From Azolla caroliniana (lineage: Eukaryota; Plantae; Polypodiophyta), in NCBI GenBank assembly GCA_043228905.1, contig JBHGNT010000015.1:6200001-6264000 (forward strand): a stretch of DNA of 64,000 nt, read 5' to 3'. Below are positions 38,019 through 51,000 of the stretch, one piece after another (positions within the stretch are counted from its first letter, which is position 1; each line of letters opens with the position of its first letter). The position numbers and the translations under genes are program-made. Under the pieces are notes generated by a model, which worked only from the letters and a program-made list of their open reading frames with translations, was not told where the DNA came from and searched no databases.

Positions 38019-39411
38019 GAGCTTGGAACTCCTTAGCTAATATAAGCATGTTTTTTCATAAGTGTCTTTTAATTCTCTAGATGATAAATTGATTAACTTG
38101 GTTCCCGAGTTAATTGTCATACAATTGATCAAGTGAGAAAGGTTAGCAACCCAATAGTAGTTGTCTCGAGAGTTAACTTAGTTGCAGGTTTAGTGGAGCT
38201 TGAAAACTATTGGGTAGATAGCAAAATGAGGAGGAATAACTAGTCTCTAACATAAACAAGAATAAATGTTAAAAGTTATGCATCACAAGCAAATAACTCT
38301 ATTACCAAGTTTATTTATTTATTTAAAAACAAAACTACACCATAGTTTCCATTACCAATGCAATAAGCGTATACAAAACCTATAATGATACAATCTAGTG
38401 GAGGGTAAGATACCTATTGCCAAGTACTTGATTGTTACTTAAAGATATCATTGAGACTTTCGTAAGGTCCCAAGGCAATGATTAAGTTGAATGAGGGAGA
38501 CGAAACTCTAGAGTAAAAGAGGACTCATAGGGAATTCATACAAAACCATTAGAGCTTAAATTGAGCAATTAGGCTCCCCAATAATTTAACTATAGTTGGG
38601 TTAAGTTTAGCAATAATTAATTTAATCAAGTTAATATTTTATTATGATCAAACCTTAATATATATTTTACCTTTAAAAAGAAAAGAAAAGAGAAGATTTT
38701 CTTCAATAGTATTAAGAAAAATGCTCGAAGGCTACAACTTGAACTTGTTTGCCTAGAAGGTTACAACTTTTTATGTACTATGATGTAAAATAATCTTAAG
38801 GCCAAACATCGAACTTTGTAGAAGGTGTTGGAATTTGTTAATATTCAAGAAAGAGTCCATGGAAGTCGATAGTACCATTGAGGCTCTTGAGTTGACATTG
38901 TAAACAAGGGCAACTTTTTCCATAAGTAAGAAGGTTTTTCCTTCTCTTGTTCATAGTCTCCGGGGGAACCATGCATATTTTTCCCCCTTTTTAATATTTT
39001 ACTTTTGGTGTTAATTTTTTCTCTAATCAATTTGGACATGCGATTAACTTTTAATACAAGTACAAGAATTTTAAGGAAGTGATAATATTCCATGAATTCC
39101 ATACTTAGACAATGATCATAAGTAATAACCCTAAACCCTTAATTGAAAGGGCCTAATACTTAAGCCCCGACAAGACATAGAAAACATAAATGAGCCTCAA
39201 GCCTTGAATGAGGGAAAAAATCGCGAGCAATCAATCAAGTAACAAAAAGATATTAACACTCTTTAATGCAATCTAGAAACTTACATTTTTTATTGTTGAA
39301 AATAAAATCCTGATGAGATAAAAATAGTTTAGATTTAATCAATATATAACTCTTTGAAGGATTTGAGTAGATATACAAAACATAATTGATTGAGGTGCTT
39401 TATGTTATGAA

Positions 39412-39560
39412 AGATAGATAGATTATATTATCGTCTTCGGAGGTCAAATATGACCTATGAGACCAAAAATATTACATTTCACGTGATACGTGCGAAAGTG
39501 ACTAGTGACTCTCGATGTTCAAGAACTTTACCAATGAATGTTGCAATCAAGAGAGAGAGA
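39412..39560 (-). mobile_element. Isolated ~140-bp copy of the LINE 3' end found at 25460-25610 (SINE-like)
   Basis: Reverse complement matches ttgcaacattcattggtaaag...ggtcatatttgacctccgaagacgataatataatctatctatc. Confidence 0.9.
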
Positions 39561-40641
39561 GAGGATTTTGGGACAAACATGATTTTTGATATATCTTTCT
39601 GCTCCGGTGTCCGTTTCGAAGCTTGCATAGAGAGCTTTCTAAAGTGTAGTTGCACGTATCATTTGGTGGTTTTGGTAAAATGTTATGAGTAAAATTGTCA
39701 TTTGGTTGTATGCATCTCATGGTCGCTTGCTTTGTTTCCTTCTCCAACAAAATTACTTGTAAATGAGCTCTCTCATATTTTTGTCATATGGATGTTAGTG
39801 CTTTCATGAATATGGATGAGTCTCCGAATTTGTCAAAGGATGTATGCACGGTTAAGTCCATATTGTGTCCAAGAGGGGATGGTAAAAGACAATGGTGTAT
39901 TGGAGATCATGTTAATGATATTTCTTATGTTGATACAATGTGATAAGATCATATTGGGAAGGATGATACTCATTGGGAACATTTAAGATGCATGACAAAT
40001 ATACTAATTGAAGATTGTATATGGGAGAATGTAAAAGTTGTTGAGGAGGTTGTTGACGATGAAGTGGTTAATGTAGAAATAGACAATAAGGAGTTTTTGG
40101 GCTCATTTGCTAATTTTTTTGAAGGAGGGGTCATATTGTTTTTCATGGGGAAGATAACTTTCCTTTGGAGGGTCAAACAATGGTTATGTGGGATTTTATA
40201 AGCTGGTTGTGTTCAAGATGCTTATGTTGGTCCTCGTGGGTTTTATGAGGTTGTTTTGGTATCACAAGAGTATAAAGAGAATTACTCAATAAATTGCTAG
40301 TGTTTTATGAGAGAATATTGGTTCATATTGTTTCCTGGATGACACTAATGGAATATCAAGATATATTTAAGCAAGAGTGTCTTGTATGGGTTGAGGTAGA
40401 GTGCACATATTCAGTGGTTTGGCCAATATTACGACTAACAATGGAAAAGTTGGGAAAGATATTGGTGCCTCTAGGTGCTAATGCTCAAAATAGATATCGG
40501 ATGTGTATTCTTTGGAATACTGCTATAAAGAGGCCAAGTTGTTTACAAATTGCATGCTCTAGTATGCCTCCTATGTATTTTTGGCTTAAATGGGGTACAT
40601 TTGTAGGACATTGCTTTTATTATGGTGTGTTAGGGCATTTT

Positions 40642-43600
40642 TGTTGGGAATTTGGTCCCTCCGGATGGGATCAAGATGAGAACTGGACGAGCAGAAGGAA
40701 GAAACAAGACCGAATGGATTCAGAAGATATCCGGAAACCGGATCAGGTAGATCCAATTGGTATCCGACTAGACATATTAGTATATGCATATGTTCCGATG
40801 TGTTGAGAGATCAAGCTCAACTTAGTTTAGTTAGTTAGTCAACCATGTAACTTTGTAGTTACCTAGATAGAATCTAGTTAGAAGTGTTGACTATAACGCC
40901 TTAAATAAGACCTTGTACTTAAGTGGGATATTCTAGATCCTCCACTCCCAAGTACATTTAATATAGGACTTACACCCTTGTACCTATATTCTCTTCACAC
41001 ATGTGCACCCTTGCACATGAGATCTATATATACCTTATTGTGGGTATTTTTGTATTTGATGATGATAATGCTAATTTAATATAGTTACTCATCCCCCATC
41101 TTGTGTTGTTCATAAGTGTATCTTCCTCTCTCTCTTCCTCTCACACTTATACACACACATATCACTTAATCTTCCGCTTATCAACTAATCACATAATTAG
41201 GTACTAATTAACCCTTGCTTAATTACCTAATTCTTAACATGGTATCAGAGCTGTGGTTTAGAAAATCCACTAAGCCCACGCCGACGACAAAATCCGGCTA
41301 TCCGCTACCGTAGTGCCGCTATGTAGCATGTGTACGTGACCGAAGGAAGGAAAGCAAAAACGGAAGACACTACAATCAACATGAACACACAAATGGGTGG
41401 CTCACCCCTAGTGAAAATCTAGACCGGAGCAATTATTCATCTTGGGAGTACAAGATGACCCAATACCTTGTTGGCCACGGGTATTGGAGCTACATCAACG
41501 GCACACAAGAAAATTGACCCGACTCAAAGAACGCCGACTACGCAACATGGGAGCAAGTGGCGGGTCGAGTCATGTATTGCTTGGCAACATGTGTCCACGA
41601 CCACATGCTTAGCCACATTCGAGATGCCAAGACGCCCAAAGAGGCGTGGGAGAACTTAAAGAAAATGTTCACCGCCAACACAACCGCCCGAAAGCTTCAA
41701 CTCAGACAAGAGTTGAACAACATTCGGCAAAAAGACATGTGTGTGTCGGACTACACCGCCAAGATCAAGAGCATTTGCGGTTCGCTTGGCTCCATCAAAA
41801 TAAACGTCGACGAAGATGAGATGGTTCAAGTATGCTTGGGCGGCCTCGCAGAACAATTCGACTCGTTGAGGACGACAATCTTGGCGAGGGAAAACCCTCC
41901 TTCGTTCTTCGACCTCCAATCAATGTTATTGGTCGAAGAGAACCATGTCCGAACCAAGATGAAGATGTCGGAAGGGCAAATGTTCTTCTAAAGTTCAGAT
42001 GGTGGCCGAGGATGAGGTCACGATGGTAGAAGAGGCCAATTCGGGTCATCACACGAAGGGAACTCAAAACTTCATGGAAGCCATCAAGGAACCTTCAGAA
42101 GAAGGGGGAGCTTCCATGATGAACAAGGTCGGCAAATGAGGCCCGCAAATTGCAACTATTGTGGAAAAATTGGCCATCGCGAGGAGGAGTGCCGAAAAAG
42201 AAGAAGCGAGTCGGCTTCGACAAGTTGAAAACTCACGAATTACGCCATCAACTCCGAATACGCCGACTACGGTGGACTATTCGTAATGAGGCATAGAACA
42301 AACTCTATGATGGCCTACGACTCCGCAAGCACCTCCAATTCGGAAGACATGTGGTTCGTCGATTCCGGCGCCTCACATTACATGACATCCCACGAAGAGT
42401 GGTTTTGTGACTTACGAACGCCGAACTGACCTGACTTCATAGAGACGGGAGACGACACCACACATTCCATTCGACACATTGGCAATGTCCCATTAGGGAA
42501 AGAAGGCGAGCAAACTTGCATCAAGAATGTCTTGCATGTGCCCACAATAACGAAGAATTTGGTCTCCGTCGGCCAAATCGTGGAGCAAGGCATGCAAGTC
42601 CGCTTCAACAATGAAGGATGCTTCATCGAGAAAGATGGCCGACTCATAGCTAAGGGTGGAGAGATGGTCGAATGTTCATCCTCGATTCGAACAAGGTGAA
42701 ATCGGCAATGTACGCTAAAGGTCTCAAAACCGAGACAAGCATCGAGTTGTGGCACAAGAGAATCGGCCACATAAACCTCCAACGGCTCCGAGCTATGCAA
42801 TCAAAGGGAGTCATCATTGGACTTCCGACATTCGAGTCAAAATAAGTCGACTGAGTATGCGAAGCGTGTCAACTCGGCAAACAACATCGAATCCCATTCC
42901 CGAAGGAGAACCACACGAGCAAAGACCCCCTTGACATCATACACTCTGATGTATGGGGACCGGCTCAAATGCCGACGATTGACGGATGCCGATTCTACAT
43001 CACCTTCATCGATGACTACTCGTGCTACGTGTGGATCTTCCTGAATAAGAAGAAGAGTGAAGTGTTCTCCCACTTCCAAAAGCTCAAGGGCCAAGTCAAA
43101 AAAGAAATCGGTCGGCACATTCAATGCCTACGATTGGACGGGGCAAGGAGTACTTCTCTGATGAATTCACCTCCTACCTCCAAAGTGAAGGCATTCGGAG
43201 AGAATTCTCGTGCCGACACACACCCCAACAAAATGGAGTCGCCGAAAGAAAAAATTGGCAAATACTCGAGGTAGCACGAGCCATGTTACATGAGAAGCAC
43301 ATGCCGAACTTCTATTGGGCCGACACGGCATCCATGGTCGTCTATCTCATGAACCGGTGCACCACTAATGGAGTGCATGAGCTCCTCGTCAGAAGGAAGC
43401 CGATCTTGTCGCACCTCGAGGTGTTCGAAAGCATTGCGAATGTACGCATCCCGAATGAAAGCCGATAGAAGCTTGACGCGAAGTTGGAGGAATGTATTCT
43501 TATAGGATACTCGTCCGAGAAGAAGTCATACAAGTGCTACAACCCTTCTACCCAAGCGGTTCGGGTAAGTCGAGACGTAGTCATCGACGAGTCCGCATCC

Positions 43601-45071
43601 TGGTACACACCAGAGACAACTTCAACTCTGACTTCAACTCTGACTTCGCTCAACCCGGAATCCACTGAACAAGAGGTAGAAGATGGAGATTGCTTCGAAC
43701 ACATGTTCGAAGAAAGTCGAATTACGACAAGGCCTAGTGGGCCACAAGAGCCCCCGCGCGACCCAAGCACGTTGCGGCCAAGTACGACCTTGGACAAAGG
43801 CAAAGGTAAGATGCCCAAATACGAAGTCAACCACCCCGACGACAATGATTCGGATGTGTCGGCTCCCTCACTAGACAGTGTGTTTGGTATACCCATCATG
43901 CAGACACCCGGAGTAAAGAAGGCGCTCACTTCAGCGAGCGAAAAACTTCGACGCTCTTCTAGAGAGAAGAATCTCATCACTCGGCTCGGCTACAACAAGT
44001 ACATGGCCCATCACTATGCCTTCACGATGAAGGTAGTAGCCGAACAAGAGCCCAAGAGCTACACCGAAGCGGCTCGTAACCCACGATGGGTTGAAGTACT
44101 CGACATTCGCCCACACACTACAAGCCTTTGTCACCGGCTTGAGGGGGAGGAACCGAGATTGCCATGGCGAAGAAAGCCTAAGGCCGGATGGAAGCACATG
44201 AAACCGACGAAAACCAAAGTGGATGTCGGATGCCTCACACTTGAGCTTGAGGGGGTGTGTTGAGAGATCAAGCTCAACTTAGTTTAGCTAGTTAGTCAAC
44301 CATGTAACTTTGTAGTTACCTAGATAGAATCTAGTTAGAAGTGTTGACTATAACGCCTTAAATAAGACCTCGTACTTAAGTTGTGGGATATTCTAGATCC
44401 TCCACTCCCAAGTACATTTAATATAGGACTTACACCCTTGTACCTATATTCTCCTCACACATGTGCACCCTTGTACATGAGATCTATATATACCTCATTG
44501 TGGGTATTTTTGTATTTGATGATGATAATGCTAATTTAATATAGTTACTCATTCCCCATCTTGTGTTGTTCATAAGTGTAACTTCCTCTCTCTCTTCCTC
44601 TCACACTTATACACACACATATCACTTAATCTTCCGCTTATCAACTAATCACATAATTAGGTACTAATTAACCCTTGCTTAATTACCTAATTCTTAACAC
44701 GATGTGACTGTTGAGGTCACATTTGTAAATAACCCTAAAGTTATATAAGTATAAACATAACTAGGGGAATATTGTTAGGTAGTTGTTATCATTATTATTG
44801 TTGTATAGAAAGAGAGAGAGAGAGAGAGAGATAGATAGAAAATTGTTTTTGTGGTAACCGTCGGCAAGCAAAGATAGAGCTCGAGGTCGTTGCCGTTGAG
44901 TCTCCCATTGTACTCTTCTTCTCTCATAGTGATAGTTGGAGTATGTGGGCTCCCGTGGTTTTTCCCGATTAGGATTTTCCACGTTAACATCAGGTGTCGT
45001 CTTATTTCCATTTTAGTTTTTCTTCCATTGAGTGACTAAGACTCGGTTGTGGCCGAGCACTATTCCGCACA
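40642..45071 (+). mobile_element. Solo LTR (~526 bp net, related to Copia D LTR) split by Copia B
   Basis: TG at 40642, CA at 45071, TSD ATTTT (40637-40641, 45072-45076); shares CTCCCGTGGTTTTTCCCG..TTTTCCACGTTAA and CTCGGTTGTGGCCGAG with the D LTR. Confidence 0.85.
40801..44699 (+). mobile_element. Ty1/copia element B, non-autonomous (RT and RNaseH deleted)
   Basis: LTRs 40801-41239 and 44258-44699; TSD CGATG; PBS 41240-41251; degenerate gag/PR/INT homologous to element A; coding stops before RT. Confidence 0.95.
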
Positions 45072-48000
45072 ATTTTATGGCGGAGTGGCCTCAAAAGGAA
45101 ATAATGTAGTGGAAGTGGTACACGAGGAGCCTACAAATCATGATAAGATTCAAACTTTGACAATTTCAAAGCAATAAAGGAACCACAGATTGTGAATGAT
45201 AAGGATGGAAACACTTTAGAGGATGAAGGGCAATGGTCTATAGTTTCTGGAAAGATGAAGAAGTTTAATAAGAATGTTGGGCATAATGTATCTATGGAGA
45301 AGGTAATACCAATTCAACAAACAAATTCCATGCGGAATAGACAATGGGGTCGTTAGGAGTACTATCCAAAGAAATTGTCTTTTGATAATAAAGGTAATTT
45401 GTATGTTCCTTGGAATAAGCGGAAATTGGTGCCTTGTTCATAGGAGGAGCCATTGGGGTCTGGAGTTTTGCATCACCATAGTAATTCGTATGCAACCTTA
45501 GGGGATTTATTTTAAGATATGGCAGAAACATTAACAGTGAAGGAGAAGGAGATTTCTTGAATTAAAGGAAAAAAGAAAGTATGAAGATCACCGCATAGAA
45601 TGTGAGGGGATTGTGTTCTAGATTTAGAATGCATGAGGTTTGGAGGATTGTGTTAAGTGAGCAATGGCATGTTTTATGTGCAATAGAGCATAAAGATCAT
45701 CGTAATGCTGGATTAATTAGTTATTCTAAGGGTTATATACTATGTTATATTGGCATTGTTCATGGGGATTATTCTTGGATTGTCATGTTTATAAAAGATA
45801 AATTTCATCCAGAAGTAATTGTTTTAGATGAATTTGGAAGATTTATAGTGGTTGAGATATGTTAGGAAGGGCAAGTTCTTTGATTAGTTGGTGTGTATGC
45901 ATCGAACGTTTCACAAGAACGAAAGTTGTTATGGAGATCTCTAAACTCGGTGCTTGATAATGGTAGACCGAGTTTATTGATGGGAGATTTTAATGTTTCT
46001 TGTGAGACAAATCAATCAACATCTCTCTGCTCTATTATGGATGGACCAGAGACTCAAGGATGGGGAGATTTTGAGATTGAAGTCATGTTAAGGGATGTAT
46101 GGAAATGGATCAAGGGAGATGAACCTGGTTATACTTTTCAATCGACTCAATATAAGGATACTTGGAGTAGGTTGGATCGAATGTATGTAATGCATACCAA
46201 AGGGTTTTTACCAAAGATTTTGGATATTTCAGTGTCTTATGGGTCAATTATATCAAATAATTTCCCATGAAGTTTTGAATTTACTCACCACTCAATTAGA
46301 GCTTTTCACAAGTTTTTAGGAAAACCAGTGTTGATTTTCAATTCCTCATTTTTGGATCATGAGGTCTTCCTTTCCTATATGCGTCAATTGATTGATGCAT
46401 TTCCTTATCATGTTCAATTTGATGGGTATGAATCGTGGGAAGTATTTGTTGGAAATGTTCAGGTTAACTAGGTATTATGGAATTCACCATGCCTTTAGAA
46501 AGAGAAAGAAATTAAGTCTCCTAGTTAATTTGCTTGATAAATGAAACTCATTGTTAACTTATTGGCCAACAGATATGTTCTATCCGTGATAGGATTTAGA
46601 GTTGATGGGATATCAAGAGTTATTAATTTCTGCGATGCATAATCTTATGGTGAAAAATTATCAACATGCTAGACTACATCGTCTAAGACAAGAAGTGAAG
46701 GATGCTAATTGTCAAGCACATGAGTTTTTTCATGACCTTCATGAATCACATGCACGGCATAATGTGGTAAGGTTAGAGGAAAATGGTATCATGTGTTCCG
46801 ATTCTCAATAAATTGTGAAAAAATGCATAGAATATTATACACAATTGTTGGATGTACAATTGTGTATCGATGATAATGTTAAAAAGGATAAAGATGTATT
46901 TTTTAATGGAGTGAAAAATCATGTATCATATGATGTGGCACAATCATTAGATGCTAATATTTCAGAGGATGAGGTGGAATATGTCATGTCACATCTTGCT
47001 AATGATAAGAGTCCTGGGTGGGATGGATTAACAAATGAAATCTTTAAGAAATATGTCCTTAAGTTAAAGGGGCCTTTTGCGGTCTTATTTCAAAAGGTGT
47101 GGACAGTAGGGGAAATGCCTCATTCTTGGAAGATTGGTTTGATAAAACTTTTGCCGAAGGTGCCTTCTCCATCTTCCTTTGCTCAATGGAGGCCTATTTC
47201 ATTGATGGGGGGGGGGGGGGGGGGGGAATGTACAATATTTTTGCAAAAGTGATGGCCAATATATATATTGCATAAGGTTTTACCTTATATTATTCATAAT
47301 GCTCAATATGGGTTCATTGAAAAAAGAGACTTTTTACATAATATTTTAAATGTTCAAATGACAATTGACAATGCAAAGGAGTCTAAACAAGAATTAATGT
47401 TGCTACAGTTGGATATCGAGAAAGCCTATGATAATGTGGATTGGTCATTTATAAATTAGTTGATATCTCATATGGGTTTTCGTGATCGTATGTCTAAGTT
47501 GATACAGACACTAGGAGAGGGTTCGGTTTCACATGTGATGTTTAATGGAGGAGTAACACAACCTATTTCTATTCAAAGATTAATTAGACAAGGATGCTTG
47601 GTAAGTCCTTTACTATTCACTATTGTGACACATCCTATTCTTGTTAAGTTACACAATATGGCTACGGAGGAAGAATTGATTGGACTAAGGTTGCTACCAA
47701 GGAAGCCATGTATTGTTCAAGCTCTTGCAGATGACCATATTATGTTTTTGGCACCTAATCGGGAAAATATTAGTAAGACAAGAGATGTGTGGGAATTGTT
47801 TTCAAATGCATCCGTGTTGAGAATTAATATGCATAAATATGTCCTCATTTCATGTACAAAACAAGATGTGTTAGGGTTGAGGTGATCAGGAAGGATAGTA
47901 CATCGTGGTATGATTTGTTGTCACCTTGGATATCCAATTGGGGCTGAAGTTTCTCATGTGAAACTTATTGACTGAGAATCCAAAAGATTGGGGGATAAGT

Positions 48001-51000
48001 TTATGTATTGGAGGTCTCAATTATGGCCTTTTTATGTGTTAAGAAGGAAGGCGCTACGGCTCTTCTTAGTGCAACAACACACACATGATGTGCATGATCG
48101 TTTAGGTTTCAAGAGAGAAGGAAGGGGAGAAGGAGGCTCACTTCTGTAACAACCCAAAAACTTTCAATTTCATTACACAGAATAACCTCTCTTGTTTGTC
48201 TACTTACTTCTCTACTCACTCTCACTTTTTACCTAAGTATATTAGTAACTTACATATTCAGCTAATTAACTATGAGTAGCTAAATAGCCGTGAGTGGCTA
48301 AATAGTTGTTTTACCTATATATCTAATAGTAGCTAATTTCCTAATAGCTACTATGGAAGATCTCATTACCAATAAGCACCACATTGCTTTTGTTGAGCTT
48401 GTGTCTTAACACTCCCCCTCAAGCTCAACTTATCCACTCTTGAGATCATCTTCAGTCTTCTTTTCCATCATGCTTTCCAACTATCATATCAATGCTTATA
48501 ACTCCCATCATGTTCCAAAATTGTGTATGTTTTTCTATGCTCATTCCCTTTGTAAGAATGTCGGCCACTTGCCGATTTGTACTCACATACAACATATCTA
48601 CTTCTCCATCAATCACTTTTTCTCTAACAAAGTGATAATGCACTTCAATGTGCTTTGTTCCTGCATGGAACACTTGGTTTTTTGCGAGTTGAATACTGTT
48701 CATATTGTCACACCAAATTGTGACTGCACCATCTATATACTCTCCCAAATCAGCAAGAAATCTTCTAATCCCTACTTCTTCACATGTAGCTATTGCAAAT
48801 CCTCTATATTCAGCTTCAGTACTTGATAATGCAACAATAGCTTGTTTCTTGCTACTCCATGAAATATCTGCACTTCCCAATGTAAACATATATCCACTTG
48901 TGGATCTTCTATCAGTTTGGTTTCCAGCCCAATCAACATCTGTATATCCTTCTAACTTTATGTCTAGACCAACCCTGTAAAACAATCCATAGTTTTGAGT
49001 AGCTTTTACATACCTCAAGATTCTTCTAATGCAATCCAAATCTAGCTTTGTTGGCTGTTGCATAAACTAGCTGACTAATCCAACCGTATAACTTAAATCA
49101 GGTCTTGTTATAATCAAGTATATTAGGTTGCCCATCAAAGACCTGTACATGTTCACATCTACAATTTTTGCTCCCAAATCAGCCTTCAATTTGCAGTTCT
49201 TATCCAGTGGTACATCAATAGGTTTGCATCCAAGCATTCCATACTTCTTCAACACAGTTGTAACATACTGTTTTTGCAACATATATATTCCACTCTTAGA
49301 TCTAATTATCTGAATAACAAGAAAGTACTTCAACTCTCCCAAATCCTTCATATGAAATTTGATTTCCAGATTTTTCTTCAACTTGCTTATTTCAGCCATA
49401 GTGTCACCTTCGATGATTAAATCATTAGCATAAATCAAAATCACAACAATGCAGTCATTCATCTTCTTTACATACAATGATGGATCAACCGTTGACATTT
49501 TGAAGGCAAGTTTTTTCAAAGATTCTGAAAGTTCCTTGTGCCATGCTCTCAATGCTTTTTTTAGTCCATAGAGAGCCTTTTTCAACTTACAAACATATTC
49601 TGGATGCTTCTTATCTTCAAACCCTGGTGGTCGACACATGTATACTTCCTCTTCTAAGTTACCATGTAAAAAGGCATTTTTTACATCCATATGGTGCAGA
49701 ACCCATCTTTTGGCTACACTTATAGCAAGTAGTGTCCTCAAGGTTGCCATTTTTGCAACCGATGCAAATGTCTCATCATAATCAATTCCTTGCATTTGGG
49801 CATATCCCTTCACAACAAGTCTTGCTTTATGTCTACTTAAATTCCCATTGGAATCATGCTTTGTTTTGTAGACCCATTTGCAACCTACACCATTTTTAAC
49901 TTTTTGTAACTTTACCATATCCGATGTTTTATTTTCAGCCAATGCATCCATTTCTTCTTGCATTGCATTCACCCATTTCTTCTCAGCTTTTGCTTCATCA
50001 AAACTATTTGGATAAGGGATTTGTACCACTTTAGACATATATGCATAATGCATAGCCATGTATGTATCACAACCATATCGTTCAACAAATTTTTTCTCTC
50101 TATCTGACCTTCTCAGTTTCTGACATGCATCTTTCATTGTTCTTTCAATACCAGGGATTTTCAAGGCATGTGTACCCAAATCATCATCCAATTATACATC
50201 TGAAACTACATCTTCCATGTTTCTTGATCCTTCATCAAACATTTTATCACGAGTAGAAGATATACACAAGAGAGTAGAAGATAATCAAAGGGATGAGTTG
50301 ATTAATTGAAAGGCTCTGTAACTGGTGTTGTTCACCTTGATTGTAATCTAGGTGAACACACATAGTTATACAAGTTTTGAGATTGAATATCTCTAGAATA
50401 TACCTAAGAAATATCTCTAGAATATACTCGTCTAGAATATACTAAACATTAGAATATTCTATATGCTAGACTATATAATATTAACCATATACTTTACATA
50501 TAACTTAAGGATTTCCAAATGGTTTATCTAATACTAAGTATTGGGTGTGTTATAGGTCAGAGGTTCGAGTCTATGACATTATCCCCCCTCCTACGCCGCT
50601 TTCCCAAACTCGTTGCCGGTTTGTGGGGATATCGGAGATGAAAATCTTGAACCATCTCCAGGGCATTTTGTAAATTCTTTGCGGGTTCCCACGTGGCATT
50701 AGACAAGGGGTAACCTTTCCACAAGACGAGGTATTGCAGGTGTCGACGGTGCAAACGTGAGTCAAGTATTTGGTCGACCTCGTATTCCTCGCCTGTCGTC
50801 AATTGCACAGGTGGTGGTGGTGGGGGGACTTGGCGTCCTGGGAGTTGCGAAGCATAGTGGGGCTCGAGGAGGGAGACATGAAAAACATCATGAATTTGGA
50901 AATGGGATGGAAGGGCTAGCCGGAAGGCGACGGGATTGATGCGCTCAACTATACGGAATGGTCCCAACTTCTTGTAATCAAGTTTCTCACATGGACGGGT

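Larger units (their letters stand above)
39570..48036 (+). mobile_element. Second L1-clade LINE (degenerate ORF1 and ORF2), interrupted by a solo LTR/Copia B and by Copia E
   Basis: ORF1-like 39990-40641, rejoining at 45077 to give a CFYxGVLGHFMAExP knuckle. ORF2: MGDFN, SRLDRMY, KSPGWDG, WRPISL, LDIEKAYD, RQGC, LADD (45600-48036). 5' limit approximate. Confidence 0.85.

Noticed and set aside
47206-47226. Poly-G run as a functional G-quadruplex
   Set aside because: It is a homopolymer expansion inside a dead L1 RT and may be a sequencing artefact.
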